Source of the DNA: Phoronis australis
Taxonomy: Eukaryota > Animalia > Phoronida
Direction: 5' to 3'
Length of the DNA: 64,000 bases
Assembly (NCBI GenBank): GCA_002633005.1
Contig: NMRA01000048.1
Location: forward strand, 1,103,582 to 1,167,581
Positions 38,119-51,804 of this stretch are shown in pieces. A program made the translations under genes and the position numbers. Every line of letters starts with the position of its first letter. The first letter of the stretch is position 1. The notes beneath the pieces are model-generated. The model was given only the letters and a program-made list of their open reading frames with translations, was not told the origin of the DNA and searched no databases.

Positions 38119-38275
38119 AGTTCTCCGACTGTAGCGTACAGCGGTATGTCCAGCGGTGTAATTCAAACAAAGAGTGGTTCTCCGATGGTAACTACAGCCC
38201 CTCATTACAGAGTTGTCGCTGGCGAGGACCGTCACCCATAGGCATAAACCTGCGCTTACTTAACCGCCCCAACAT
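38119..38275 (+). CDS. Shared upstream TMCC exon (phase 1 in, phase 2 out), ending in the AT of a split ATG
   Basis: Acceptor GTTTTCAG|, donor AT|GTAAGT, GC/CpG-richer than flanks; frame FSDCSVQRYVQRCNSNKEWFSDGNYSPSLQSCRWRGPSPIGINLRLLNRPN is open and joins 58592 in frame. Coding versus UTR status uncertain. Confidence 0.62.
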
Positions 38276-40796
38276 GTAAGTTCATTGGCCATTTATTGTT
38301 GTTATTGTATGTTATCCTAAAAGTTAGGGACATATTTTACTAAAATTTCCGTTTTGTTGTTAAAAGGTTTTTTTGAGTGTTTCGTTTTAAAATTTGGGGA
38401 AAAATATTAAACTTGATGTTTTGTATTTTTTCCACATTGCTAAAAAGTGTTCAAAATGTTGTTTATTTACAGCTGTACCATGTAAATGATGGTTACAATG
38501 AAGTGAATCTTTCTTAAAATTTTTTGTTGAGAAATTTGACAAAATAGAATTTCATTTTTCTGCCATTTTGTGTCCAGAAACTGAAGAGTTATTACTGTAC
38601 ATTTAACATGGCAGGTCTTGAAATGACAGTTTTTCATTTGTTCAAGTGGTTTGTGTTTTGTTGTCTGTTCTGTAGTGAATTATTTTCACATCAGAAACTA
38701 ATCATAGGCAGGTTGACTTGAGGTTAGTTTACTAGTTGAGACTAGCAAGATCACATGTTCTGATTGGCAGTACGTTGCTGCACTGTGAAAGGCTCGTGTG
38801 TATCCCTATTGAACATTCTGTAGCCAAGTGCTGCTTGTAAGTGGGATAACTTTTGAATCTGCAAATAACCAATCAAAATTCTCGAAGCAGATGAGTGACG
38901 TCCTTGGCTGTGCGCCATAGACACAAGAAACTAGTGAAAATGCAAGATCACGCATGTGTCTGCAAGATATCACCATGTATGAGAAATGAAGCACGTTATC
39001 ACATTTCTTCTCATGAGTGTCCTGTGCCACATTTGAATGGAATATCTGCGTGAAACTCTGCTGATGTGCAATAAAGGTTCACATCCAGCCTGCTTGTATA
39101 CATCCCCTCTTATGTCTTGGTATTCTTTATCATAATAATCCGAGTTCTGTCTCCCTTTCCAGTAATTTCATGCCTGTCACACTGTCCCAGTGGATGCTAT
39201 GAATAACTGAATATGCTTAAATATGAAACACGACACCATCCAGAAAGCTTGTCTCATGTATTCTTGTGTTAATTCACATGATGTTTTGGCAACAATGCCT
39301 AGTAACATTGAATAGATGCGAAACAGCTTTTCAATCTAGTTTGCATTATTGACAATAGATAGCGCCAATGTGTGAATATGAGCATCAGGCAAGGTCAAGG
39401 TCATGAATGGATTGTGGTAATGCAGTTGCCTCTTATATGTTTTGGAAATTTGAACACAATCTGAGAAGCACACGCCTAGTTTTAACAAAAACTCCAGAAA
39501 GTCCATTTGCTTGGAAATGCCAATTTAATGCAAGACCGTTGTTTTATCAGAAATAATATATCTAGTTTATGTCTGCATTGACCTCAATGGCAAGGTGGTG
39601 GTTTTTATTTATAGGTATGTCACCTCTAGGAACCAATATTTGTTGCCAGGTCACCTTCAGTAATAATGGTGAATATCTAACAACATCCTCTATACAGGAC
39701 ATGCAGATATTCAAGCTATTTTGATCACTTAGTAGAAGTTCATTTCTTGCACATGCCATGAGCTGTGGCTAATTGATTAAACATGGAGGTTTCATTTTTT
39801 ACTATGGCAAGCACTTTGATGTAAACTAGTTGTCGTGGCTACATAATGTAATTATGGTCTAGAAAATGACGTTAGTAATAATATATTGAATCAAATGAAA
39901 TCAACTCTCTGCATAAGAAGCAAATTCTGAAGTAATCTTAATCAGATTCTGAAGTAATCTTAATCAAATTCTCATTTATTGTAGCCACAAATAATTGCAG
40001 GATACGTTTATTTTAGCAAAAACATTTAAAAACAGGATTTTGTTTTTCACGGTACGTCCATCACCGCTTGTAGGCTCTCAACATCATCTTCTCAGCTTTG
40101 ATCTTAGCCATAAGCAGCCTTCGCCACTGAATGCATGACGTATCTAAAACACCATTTATAGGAAATTCTCACCAATTTCAGAAAAAGTTAATTGCCAAAA
40201 ATTGTACGTTTTTCATTTCTCAAGTACTTCCAAGGTTGTTGTGAATGCCCACTATGTTTCAAAGTATTGTATGTTGAGAGCTATGTTACAGAACTTGGAT
40301 ATGGCGAAGCATCAGTTTGGTACTGTGTATCACCTATGAAAAAGCGAGAAAATAGAATTTCCATATTGTGTCCTAAATTGGTGAGATTTTGCCATACCAT
40401 ACCATACCATGTATTGATAAGTATAGTACAATACACGCCAAAGTTAATCAAGTAACCCCTGTCATGATGAGGACTGCGCACTTGAAGAGGAATTCCCTGT
40501 CAAAATGGTGATGTCCAAGTGGAATTTACTCTCGAAGTACCTAGAGTGATCGTCATGACAACTGTTGTATGAGGGGTCATTGCCCATCATGACGGGGGGG
40601 GGACAACATTTTGTCTGATTACGTTTGGTGTGTGCAGTAACCAAAGTGACGACATCCTTACTGAAATCATTCTTTACTTAAAACGAAACAAATTGTTTTG
40701 TCTTTTAATTGAAAAATCTTCATATTAGCTGTTGGAAGTGCCAGGCAGATATTAGATGTAGTCCTTCTCACTCATATTGTCTGACTGTTGTATAAC

Positions 40797-40998
40797 TGTG
40801 GTTGCCTTCTCAATATTAACCAGTGGTTGCCTTCTCAATATTAACCAGTGGTTGCCTTCTCAATATTAGCCAGTGGTTGCCTTCTCAATATTAGCCAGTG
40901 GTTGCCTTCTCAATATTAGCCAGTGGTTGCCTTCTCAATATTAGCCAGTGGTTGCCTTCTCAATATTAGCCAGTGGTTGCCTTCTCAATATTAGCCAG
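40797..40998. repeat. 25-bp minisatellite (GTGGTTGCCTTCTCAATATTAGCCA), 8 copies
   Basis: Tandem units; first two carry TTAACC, the rest TTAGCC. Confidence 0.97.
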
Positions 40999-41151
40999 TA
41001 TCTTAAGTCAATATTACACCACTGTTACACAAACTGCTCATTTGGTGTGGATATTCTGAATGATTATTGTTTATTTATGTCAAGGATTACAACATCAGAT
41101 AAATTGTAAAGTTGTGTTCAAGAAAGGGTTTCCACCATTGCCTACATGCTC

Positions 41152-41526
41152 TTTATGACTGAAATGAATTGTGCTGAAGGGTGTTGTGGTTAAACACCAA
41201 GTTATCATATAGTTTATGACTGAAATGAATTTTGCTGAAGGGTATTGTGGTTAAACACCAAGTTATCATATAGTTTATGACTGAAATGAATTGTGCTGAG
41301 TGGTATTGTGATTAAACACCAAGTTATCATATAGTTTATGACTGGAATGAATTGTACTGAAGGGTATTGTGGTTAAACACCAAGTTATCATATAGTTTAT
41401 GACTGGAATGAATTGTGCTGAAGGGTATTGTGATTAAACACCAAGTTATCATATAGTTTATGACTGGAATGAATTGTGCTGAAGGGTATTGTGATTAAAC
41501 ACCAAGTTATCATATAGTTTATGACT
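41152..41526. repeat. 61-bp tandem repeat, ~6 copies
   Basis: TTTATGACTG at 41152, 41213 and onward. Confidence 0.97.
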
Positions 41527-42785
41527 GATTTCTGAGTTTCTTCCCAATGCTTCCTAACGACATCCCTTTTTATCTATGTCCCAGTGAGGTGGTAGAAAAC
41601 TAGGGCTACTACCATACTCCCTCTGTAGTGAACAGTTGCCCCAGCCACAGTGTAGGTTTCTGCAGTCATGAGAAGTTGGGGCACAAGGGGCGAGTGGCCG
41701 AAAAAATAACTAATACTACTTCCACGTGACGTCCTTGGTGTGATAATTTTCCTCTTATTTTGCACAAAAATGGTTGGTAAAATTGCAATTTTACATTTTT
41801 CAATGACTAATTACCCATTTGTAAATGATGGTAACCATAGAAATGTTGTTTTGTGACATCTACACGTTGCAAACCATGCTTGTAATAGACTAAAATGTCA
41901 CTAATCTTTACTTTTGTGGAGAAATTTAACAAAATAGAATTTCACTTTTGGACCATATTTTATGCAATTTGAAGAAACAGTGGAAAAGAGAAAGTTTATC
42001 TAAACATTTGCGCAGCGTAGTTCATGTGGTCCTTTCTTACTGTGACAAAAGTGTGATACTTTCTACTTTGCTGGACACTGGTGGCAGATTTATCTTTCAG
42101 ACTATCTACTGATCAGGGACAAGTCCCAGGACCCTTACAACTGTGAATTGATCACTGATCCAATCATGTAATTATGAACTGCGCAATTGCTTTTTAACAA
42201 TCTAATTAATTTTTTTACACGACTTCTATGTGGTCTAATATCTAATGTGAATAAATTCATAGAATTCCTTGCAAACCAAGTAATGTTCCTCATGAGTCAG
42301 TCAGGAAGTTCTTACGAATTGATCTCAATTTGGCCCTGTTTAAATATTGTAATATTTACATTTTACAATATGTCAATAAAGTTTTATCATTCCTTATCGA
42401 GGTGTGGTTAAATTAATCTGTTAGTTTTCCCTGTAAAGATATTCCTTAAGTGGTGAAAAACACAGACCAGTTTCTGACATGACTAACTTTATCGAGAAAT
42501 GCTCATTGTTCGTAGAACAACACTATTATCTTGGAATGGTTTCTAAGAAGCACCTGCCCAGCACCTAACATGCTTCCCCTTTGTTTTCAACTTGGTAAAG
42601 CTGATGTCTTACCGTAATACCAAATTTCTGTCGTTATTCTTAAGTCATTTTCCATGAAACAGACCCCAAGTCAAACTGTCAATATTTAAAGTTTCTAGAC
42701 TCGAGTTTGGCGAATAGGAGGATTAAAATTCAAATCAAAACAAATTTTTTCTATATTGCAGTAAAATCTCCACCAATTTAGGATG

Positions 42786-43638
42786 CAATATTGTCGAGAG
42801 ATGTAACAACCAATATTGTGGACAGATGTAACAACCAATATTGTGGACAGATGTAACAACCAATATTGTGGACAGATGTAACAACCAATATTGTGGACAG
42901 ATGTAACAACCAATATTGTGGACAGATGTAACAACCAATATTGTGGACAGATGTAACAACCAATATTGTGGACAGATGTAACAACCAATATTGTGGACAG
43001 ATGTAACAACCAATATTGTGGACAGATGTAACAACCAATATTGTGGACAGATGTAACAACCAATATTGTGGACAGATGTAACAACCAATATTGTGGACAG
43101 ATGTAACAACCAATATTGTGGACAGATGTAACAACCAATATTGTGGACAGATGTAACAACCAATATTGTGGACAGATGTAACAACCAATATTGTGGACAG
43201 ATGTAACAACCAATATTGTGGACAGATGTAACAACCAATATTGTGGACAGATGTAACAACCAATATTGTGGACAGATGTAACAACCAATATTGTGGACAG
43301 ATGTAACAACCAATATTGTGGACAGATGTAACAACCAATATTGTGGACAGATGTAACAACCAATATTGTGGACAGATGTAACAACCAATATTGTGGACAG
43401 ATGTAACAACCAATATTGTGGACAGATGTAACAACCAATATTGTGGACAGATGTAACAACCAATATTGTGGACAGATGTAACAACCAATATTGTGGACAG
43501 ATGTAACAACCAATATTGTGGACAGATGTAACAACCAATATTGTGGACAGATGTAACAACCAATATTGTGGACAGATGTAACAACCAATATTGTGGACAG
43601 ATGTAACAACCAATATTGTGGACAGATGTAACAACCAA
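42786..43638. repeat. 25-bp minisatellite (CAATATTGTGGACAGATGTAACAAC), ~34 essentially identical copies
   Basis: Perfect tandem array; source of the three long repetitive minus-strand ORFs. Confidence 0.99.
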
Positions 43639-46600
43639 TTAATGCTTTTTGTGATCCAAGCCACCATGAAACAATGCTTCAAAACTTTGTGGGTATTAAC
43701 CACAGGCTTGGAAGATGTTGCAAAATGAGAAAAGGACATTTTGATAATTACTTTTGTCCAATATTGGTGAGATTTTACCGCACACTATTCTGGTGAAAGC
43801 TTTCATTTCTGGTTGCCAGATCACAAAATTGTACAATTCCTATTATTGCATCAAATCCTATCTACATTTTTCTTACCTTACATTGTTGCTGTGTATGCTG
43901 CATGGCGCAGATTTGGGAGGTTGCTGGCTGGCCTCAGTACAAAAAACTGCATTAGCATGTCGTTTTTAGGGCACATGTGGACATTTTGAAAATTGTGATC
44001 GGAACCCCCCTCCCCCTTACAACATCTTAGATTGCCCAGTCTACGGGATCAGACTTACAGGATCATAAGATAAGTACTAAAACAATGTATTATGTTCTTA
44101 CTTATTTGGGAAAACTTAAGTGATGCTCTTCATGGATGGGAATATCGTTTGTTTTACTGCATAACAATAACCTTAAAATATAACTGCGTAGCAATATGCA
44201 AAGTAACTGTTTTGCTGTTAACAATTATTACAGATGTTACATAATGTATATGGTGTCTGTTGTTACTGTTTCTTAATTCAAAGGTGTTAATTAGTTATTA
44301 GCTGGCTAGCCTAATTGTATGATAATTGTAACAAAGCTGTTGAGTTGTTGGACTAGTTTCAAACTGATGAGCATCCATTTTTAGTTGCCTGAAGTCATTC
44401 AAAAAGGTCCATGAGGTTGCGTATTTAAGAGTCAGTTTTTAAATGTTTCTCAACAGAATCTGATGGCTTCCAGTAGTTCATTTTCACTTGAGATGAAGAT
44501 GTTCTTTTGTTTTCTCATACATTATGCGGTTGCAGTCAGTTGCAGCACATATTTCAGTAAATTAAAACTGAGCTGAAGACAGTGTATTGACCTGACTCAG
44601 TGTAGGAGACAACACTCCTTGCTATGACCTTGTGAACAGGAGACAGTCACTCAACCCACCAGTCTAATGTCATTGCCTTTCAGTATGTCTAAATTGTGAT
44701 AAGTTTCAGCTGTACTGATGGGTGTTACACCCATATGCCTAATATTTATGTGAGCAGAAGTAGAATTTTATATGAGCAGTACAATTATGCAATACATCTT
44801 AAATGGTGCTTAGAAATAAAGTTTATTACTTAAAATCGGAGCAAGCAGCTTGGGTTGGGTTTACATCACAATGCCTGGTAAGGCTGGGGAATGTTCTCAT
44901 ACTTTTTGGGTATTTTAAAAATCAAATACTTGCAAAAATTACATATATTTGTGGGAAACAACCAGCAGGTTCAATGACAGTAAAAGCCTTCATCATTTCT
45001 TTCTCAATACAGTTACTATATTCCTACGTAAGTGATGAAACACAGATTTTGTGAACTAATGTTTTGCATGTCCGCATTGGGTGGCTTAGCATGACATAAA
45101 ATGCTGTAATTTGAGTGTTATTTCATCCAAAACTAGTTGCTAAATCTTCCTTTTTTGAAATTGAGGCATACTTGATGCTGGTGATTTTTGTTTTTATATT
45201 GTCTGAAATTACGAACACTCCACGGTCTTCCTAATGGGGTCTGAAAATAGAAGTGGAAGTTAGTAAAAAATACATAATTTCGGGCATGGGTAAAATTCTT
45301 GTCTTTCACGTAATTCTTGAATTTGGGACAGTCAATAATGTGAATTTTTGATATTTTTTAGAATGTTTTGGTCTTTAGCAAAGTGCTTGTTTCTTTGCTG
45401 TCTCAAATTCGAGAATTTTTACTGTACCTTCCTTGACTACTGACGTGAATTATTAATGGAAACTGGTTTATTTTCACATTAGCATGACCTCATAAATTGA
45501 AGTTATCCTGGTAGTGAACATTAATTCCTCCTTTATCTCCATGGGAACCAGTCCATGGTAGTGAATACTTAGTCCTCCTTTTTCTCCCCTTGCAGCTTGT
45601 CTCACCCATGTCTTCATACATGTATGCCTGTGCCATGGCCCAGTCAACCCAGACAGAATGGTCAATATTTAATCCTGTTATGCAAATGCTCCAGGTTAGT
45701 CACCAGCCATCTGTTGTGACTGGGTTACAACTGTTGAATTGAAAATTGGCTAATGATCTGTGGTTTAACAGCTGTTAACCTTGCCATATGGTACTTAGGT
45801 GAGCAGAACAGGAGTTCAGTGAGGAACCCTGACATATAGTAGTTCAATTATGATGCATACTTTGCCTGAAGTGGATTGGCTATCAGCTCTCGTTAGTGTA
45901 GTCAATGTAATTGAAATTATCGTGGTAGCTTGCTGATTGTGAACAATATCACTGGCATATCAGTCGTATTATTCAGAGGAGACTTATTATTGGAGGGATC
46001 CAGCTACCTGGGTGATGGCAGCATACGTGTGATGTCGTTCAAATAGGGCTGTCACCTGAGATGTCCAGGATTTACACTTGTTTCCTCAGTGTAGAGTTGT
46101 ATGGAACTGTTAAGACCAGTTTATGAAGGTTAGAAGTTTTGTTGTCACGATCAGCTGATAAGGGAGGCCAATCAGTTCTTCTTGTGGATTTTCAGTGCAG
46201 AGAATCTGTGGCATTAGCGGAATGAGGATAGCATTACCGACGATGGGACAAGATCTGGTCAAACTATTGCACACCAGGTGAAAATGACTTCTGTTTAGTA
46301 GTCTATATGCATTCCACATTTTCTTCACTGAATCTGATAATGTCTGCTCCAGAGGAAGCATGATTGTGGTTGGAGCTTTAGCAGTTTCCATTGTCGCCAA
46401 CATTCTGCGCCAAGCATGATCATTAAAGCGAGCAAGTGGGCTTGAAGAGCTGTTTCATTTCCCCTGGGCGTCTAAGAACGTGTTTGGTTTCTCGGTGGTT
46501 CAGAGCTCAGGAAACGGATTTACCTGCTGAGGGATAATTTGCACTCAGAGCTGAGTTGGCTATAAGACACTGGAGCAATGAGCCAAAGTACATGATGACA

Positions 46601-48286
46601 TAGATCTGGTGCTGGAATGGTGTACGATCAGCCAAGGTGCATGTCTAAAGCCTTCTGTTTTTGCTCTGTGGAAACACGGCGTTCTTTGCACTGGATGTGT
46701 GCTATGATGCTGCGTGAATCAAATGTTCATTGAAAAAGCAGCCTATTTATAGACTACATTATCTTAATTCAGATGGAAGTCTCAGCCAGCTGAAAGTAAT
46801 ATATTGAGTAGTATGGCTTCTGAGCAATTGGATTACTAATTGCTGGTGTAAAAAAAGTGTTGCCTTCATCTGCTGTGAAGATACTCTTAATATCGAAGAT
46901 TGTGGGATAGTTATAATCACCAGAAAAGATAGATTGTACATCATATGGACTCCTCATGAGACGTGAACACTATGGAGTTTGAAGTTCTGCTTTCCTCTTC
47001 GTTGTGAACAGTTTTGTCTAATTTTGTACACTATCGAGAGTTCAAGTGAGGTGATGTGTGTGCCTTATCGGGTCTCATTAGATAGACAAACTTGTTTTAT
47101 TTGTTGACAACCACTGGGTTATCATCTTGAATAGACACTCGCAGTCTTTTTTGTGGCAGCTGCCCTGTTGAGAACGCTGTGCCTGTAACATGTATTAATA
47201 ACTCTGGGTAGACATATTTTTTGTGAGTCTGCTGTGCCGATGCCTCTCACGTGGATAACTTTTAGTATGGTACCCTATTTGTTCACAAGTGTGCCTGCGG
47301 TTAATAATGAATAGATCTACTCAGGAGTAGTTCCATTGTGTCTGTCTTGTTATAAAACTTACCCTGACCTATTGTGCATCAGCTTGGACTGGAGACTCAT
47401 TTGAGAGACATTCCACTCTGTAACAGAATCGTGGAATAGCCTAATCATAGTGAGGTGGCGAATATTGTGACGAATATTATAGCGCTTTGTTGCTGCTGGA
47501 CAGCTGATGAGGAAGTCTTGTGATAAACTTATTGATTTGACAGAAAAAATAGAGCGACTTGATTGCTTTCCCAGCGGATGGTGGTAATTAATTAGTACTG
47601 ATTTAAAGCTAGAATTTTTGTCTCTATATTTCTTGTGTTTGAAGGACAGAAATCCCTTGGCTTGATTGCGGTGCATTGTGGGTTAAAAAGACATGGATGA
47701 GCTTCTCAGTGGACGAGTAACTCTCTCCCCAACATTAGACTGTACTTTTTAGCAGAGAGTGTCACCTACAGTGTGTAATGGATGGATTCATGTTTGGTGC
47801 TGCAGTATGAAAATCTCCCAGTCTTTACAAATGTCTAGACTACAGCACTTGTAGGACCAGCCACAGCTTGTCAAGGAACTGTTTGAAAGTTTTGTTGCTA
47901 TTTATCTGGTCAACAAGGATGTGGTATAATGGAGGTCACAGTTAAAAAGTTGACAGTATTGTCATGATGGGTCTATCTAACAAAAGCATTTGGCTATTGA
48001 GATATTAAACCTGAGGATTGTTGTCACAACCACCAAGTCTAATTGATTGGTGACTTGATTGATAGACATTTGAGGACACTGCAGTCAAGGATTGATTATT
48101 GACAGCCATTTAGACACCAATTTACCTAAGAATTGTTTGTGACACCTTTTTGCACCTTTGTGTTGCTTTTCACAAGGGTTCAAGGCCAGCTAGTAGACAT
48201 CATTGATCTTGCATCCGTCCCCTTAGTTTTGGCTGCAAAGGGTTGTTGAAGAATTTAGTCCTCACAATCCAGTTGCTGTTGTCAAG

Positions 48287-48333
48287 ATGTCGACAGTCAA
48301 ACTTCGTCGAGCCAGTCTGCCAGTCAGGTTAAG
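48287..48333 (+). CDS. Candidate alternative first exon MSTVKLRRASLPVRL(R), phase 2
   Basis: aagATG context; CpG-containing; donor AAG|GTAGGA; phase fits the acceptor at 58592. Confidence 0.5.
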
Positions 48334-49007
48334 GTAGGAATATATCATGTGTGTATGGTGCCTTTGTTTGCATGTGTCGGAGGTGACTGTAAACATAAGG
48401 TTTTGCTTAACTGGAGATAGGTGCATGATCAGAAAAACCCTGTTGGTCAATGAGTATAATAAATTTGTAGGGCCATTAATCTTCTGACAGTAAGTTGATG
48501 CCCCCCTCCCTGCCCCGATCATGGCTGAGTGCCTGCCATACCAGTAACTGGTGTCACAGGGGAAGTAATGAGTATAAAGTTGGTTTACATGTACTACACA
48601 CAACCAGAGAAAAATTTCTCTATGTCACCACTGTGCATAAAAGAATCTTGATGGTATTAATTTCTCCTCATTTTTCCATACTGGCAGTTGTGACTTACAA
48701 AATTGATAGGTCTCAAGCTGCACTGCCTTGATTTGGTAAAATTTCACAATGTGTCACAAATTTGCACCTGGTTTTAGGTTTTTGTATTGACTTAATTTTT
48801 GTCTAGACCATCACTCATTTCCAAGCATTTTGTTCTCAGGGCAACTTTCCGTGTGAACGCTGCTTTATCCAACACAGTGGTGTTGGTGTTCACGATGTGC
48901 AAATTTCTATGTACCTCATATCTAGCATCTGTCCACTTTTGGTGAGATCGTCTGCCATTTGAAGGTTCTTCTGTGTCCTGCAATGGCAGCAGAATGTTAC
49001 ACTCTTA

Positions 49008-49396
49008 AATGCCTTTCATACTAACGTCGACGCGTCGATGGTTTGGGGAGTTGCGGTCAGTATGAACGCTTAACTCCGGTCCAATCGAAGTTATCGCCAG
49101 ATGCCACTGTTATCGTCAACAGTTACTGAGTAGTGCCGTCACTAATAACTACTTATTTTTTGCTCTAATGATAACCAATCGATTTAAAGATGAGTTTAAT
49201 GTCATTTAGCACATTTAAATGTTCCCAAATTGTCACTTTGAAAAAAATCTCAGCGTGCAGCGCTACCTTGCGATAACTTCGATGACGTCAGCATCACCAA
49301 CCCTTTACTTCGATGGTCATTAACTACCGAAGCCAGTATGAACGGTCCAATTAACTGCGCTGCTCAGACCAGAGTTAAGTCAATATGAAAGGGCCT
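49008..49396. mobile_element. PIF/Harbinger-like MITE (389 bp), TTA TSD
   Basis: Imperfect TIR AATGCCTTTCATACT / AATATGAAAGGGCCT; TTA at 49005 and 49397; internal AGTATGAACG repeats. Confidence 0.65.
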
Positions 49397-49997
49397 TTAG
49401 TCTTTGACGTCCAGGACTATATTTACATATTGGTGTCGTTGGATTATTCCTTGACTACATAGTATTTTACTTTTCCACACTATTTGCTCTTATTACCTGG
49501 TTTGTTTCACAGGCACATCTAAAATTTTAAGAAAATGTCCACATGATGTTTCTACATTTTGCGCTGGAGCTTTTCTACTTGCGCTATCTTAAGATTGAGA
49601 TGTCTCACTTTTTCAGTTTGGAATGTTAATAGCTTTCTTTTTGATTTGTTAAAAAATAATGTACGATGCAGATTGTAAGTCACAAGTTGGTTGAGTTATG
49701 ACCTATTGGTTTTGGATTGCTGTTTTGCGTGCTGTGCACATAGCCCTTTATTTAGAGGATGTCCGGAAGTCCAAACAAAAACCCTGACTCAATTTTCCAC
49801 ACACTAGTAAGGACATCCTGTTCAGCATTTGGATGGCCAAGTAAATTAAGCATGGTTGTCGCTTTTAATTTGCTAGCGGCAACTGTGGGAGTTTGTTAAC
49901 CTGTCCAGAGTAAAAAAGTTGGTTTAGAAATGTTGTAAGGTATAAAGACTTTAGTCCAGAACCATGTCTCCATAGTAACATACCACTATGGTGTGAA

Positions 49998-50470
49998 TCT
50001 GCATTTACACTAGAGACAGATAACATGGAACAGCTGCTCCAGTGCAAGTGTGTGTAAACACGACTGACACGGAGCAAGTGACACCGTGGCTTGGCTTGGC
50101 GTGGCGGTGCGTGGCGTGGCGGTGCGTGGCGTGGCGGGGCGGGATACTAGAGCGAGTTGCACCAGATCGGTTTCTCCAGTGCCAACTACATATCTAAACA
50201 CAACTGTGGCAGGGCAGAAATTAACCATCTTTCAATGCGTTTGCACAATAGCGTATATTTGGGTGATCAGCTGGTATTCCATGTGGTTTGGACATTTGCT
50301 ATTGTTACGTATGTACAGACAGTCTTTGTGCAAGTGACTCTTACTCATCCAGTTTGCTATCGTATGTGACAAAATTGGAGCAAGTCATGCCGCCGTGACA
50401 ACTGACATGGTGACAACTGTCATGGTGACAACTGACATGGTGACAACTGTCTCTCGCGTCTCTTGGGTGA
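49998..50470. mobile_element. Degenerate MITE-like segment with GGCGT-based and 15-bp (GTGACAACTGACATG) short tandem repeats
   Basis: TTTACACTAGAGACAG at the left, partial inverse CTGTCTCT at ~50447; GGAGCAAGT precedes both repeat tracts. Confidence 0.35.
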
Positions 50471-51167
50471 TAGAAACCCTTTCTCACTTTTTTGGTCATA
50501 GACGTCTTAAGAAATTGGGAAACCCATTTCGTACGTGACGCATTCTTTTTGAAATCTTGAACGAACTCCTTCTTGCGCTCCACGTTTTTCTCTTGTATGC
50601 ATGGTGTGATGTACAAAGGATATGTTTCTAAAAAGAGCTGTACCTAACTGTGCTTTCCATAAGATCCCATTCTTTGCTTTGTAGAAGCATGTTGATTTGT
50701 AATCCGAATGCAGAGGCCATTTTGCAAGGATAACCTAGATAGTTAACTAGCAATTTAAGAATTATCTGATGATTAGGTAAAATAATAATATGCACTTTAG
50801 ATGTTTAGTTTAAAATTCCTAGAAAAAATGAAAGATACATAGTAAAAATAGCACTGATTTGTATGGCCATAATCTTACATTGTCAAGACTCATCCTTTCG
50901 TTACTGAAGTTATTTTGCCAGGAATAGTATGTGACTTGACAGCAAAACTCACAGTGTATTAAAATAATTACTGTTTTGCATAACTTGCTCAAAAAATCAC
51001 TTGTTCACAATCTTTTACCACTATTTGTGCTTTCTGACCCAGCATCTTTTTTTGTAATCATTTTCCACAATGAACATTTTAAAAACATAAAATTTTGGAA
51101 AATCAGTAAATTGCCATTTTTCCCCAGAAATAGTTTTAATTGGCTGCTTGATTATTTTGATTATTGT

Positions 51168-51241
51168 TTTGTACATGGTACGTGTAACTTGGTTTGTACA
51201 TGGTACATGTAACTTGGTTTGTACATGGTACATGTAACTTG
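51168..51241. repeat. 25-bp tandem repeat, 3 copies
   Basis: GTACATGGTA at 51171, 51196, 51221. Confidence 0.9.
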
Positions 51242-51804
51242 TTTTTTTTTGCTTCTTTTTATAACTGATGGTAAAATGTCAGAAGTGTTTTTACAGTACA
51301 AGACAAAAGTGCCGTCCCCACACAGACTTACCCTAGAACAAGTTACTTTGTTCCAGGGTATTTGCGCCACTTGTTTCCACTGTGTGGCCGCAAAAGTAGG
51401 ACAGAAGTAATTATCAGTTGCAGTTAGTTACATGTGTTTCTTTGTGCGCCGCACGCGTTTGTCTTAGGTATTCATTGCCACGCACAAAGTGACAACTGCG
51501 CCTTACCCTAGTTATTGAATATTTATGTGGACACTCCACTTAAAAGTAGGGGAAGTTGTAGTTGTACAAGTTGTTCTAGGGTAGGCTGTGTGTGAACAGG
51601 ACTAAAGGTAATTGAACAAAACACCATGATCTCATGATGGTTAATTTCATTAACAGCAAAAATTATTAGAAGGCACTATTATAACAGCAAAAATCTTATT
51701 ACAAAATAGCTTAGCTGCATCACTAACTTTTCCATTAATTTCCTTTCATTCGGGAGATTGACATCTACTAACAATGATTTCCACTTCCATCCAACTGCCA
51801 TGAA

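Noticed and set aside
38260-38270. TTAACCGCCC in the shared exon matching the Tc2-like subterminal repeat
   Set aside because: Single 10-bp match without flanking homology; probably chance.
42786-43638. Regular 25-bp repeats and 286-334 aa ORFs suggesting a CRISPR array or repeat protein
   Set aside because: No spacers, no cas genes, eukaryotic intron context; the ORFs arise because the unit lacks stops on one strand.
44803-45054. 83-aa ORF containing a GTAAGT donor
   Set aside because: Phase 0 does not fit the next acceptor; intron-like composition; no recognisable homology.
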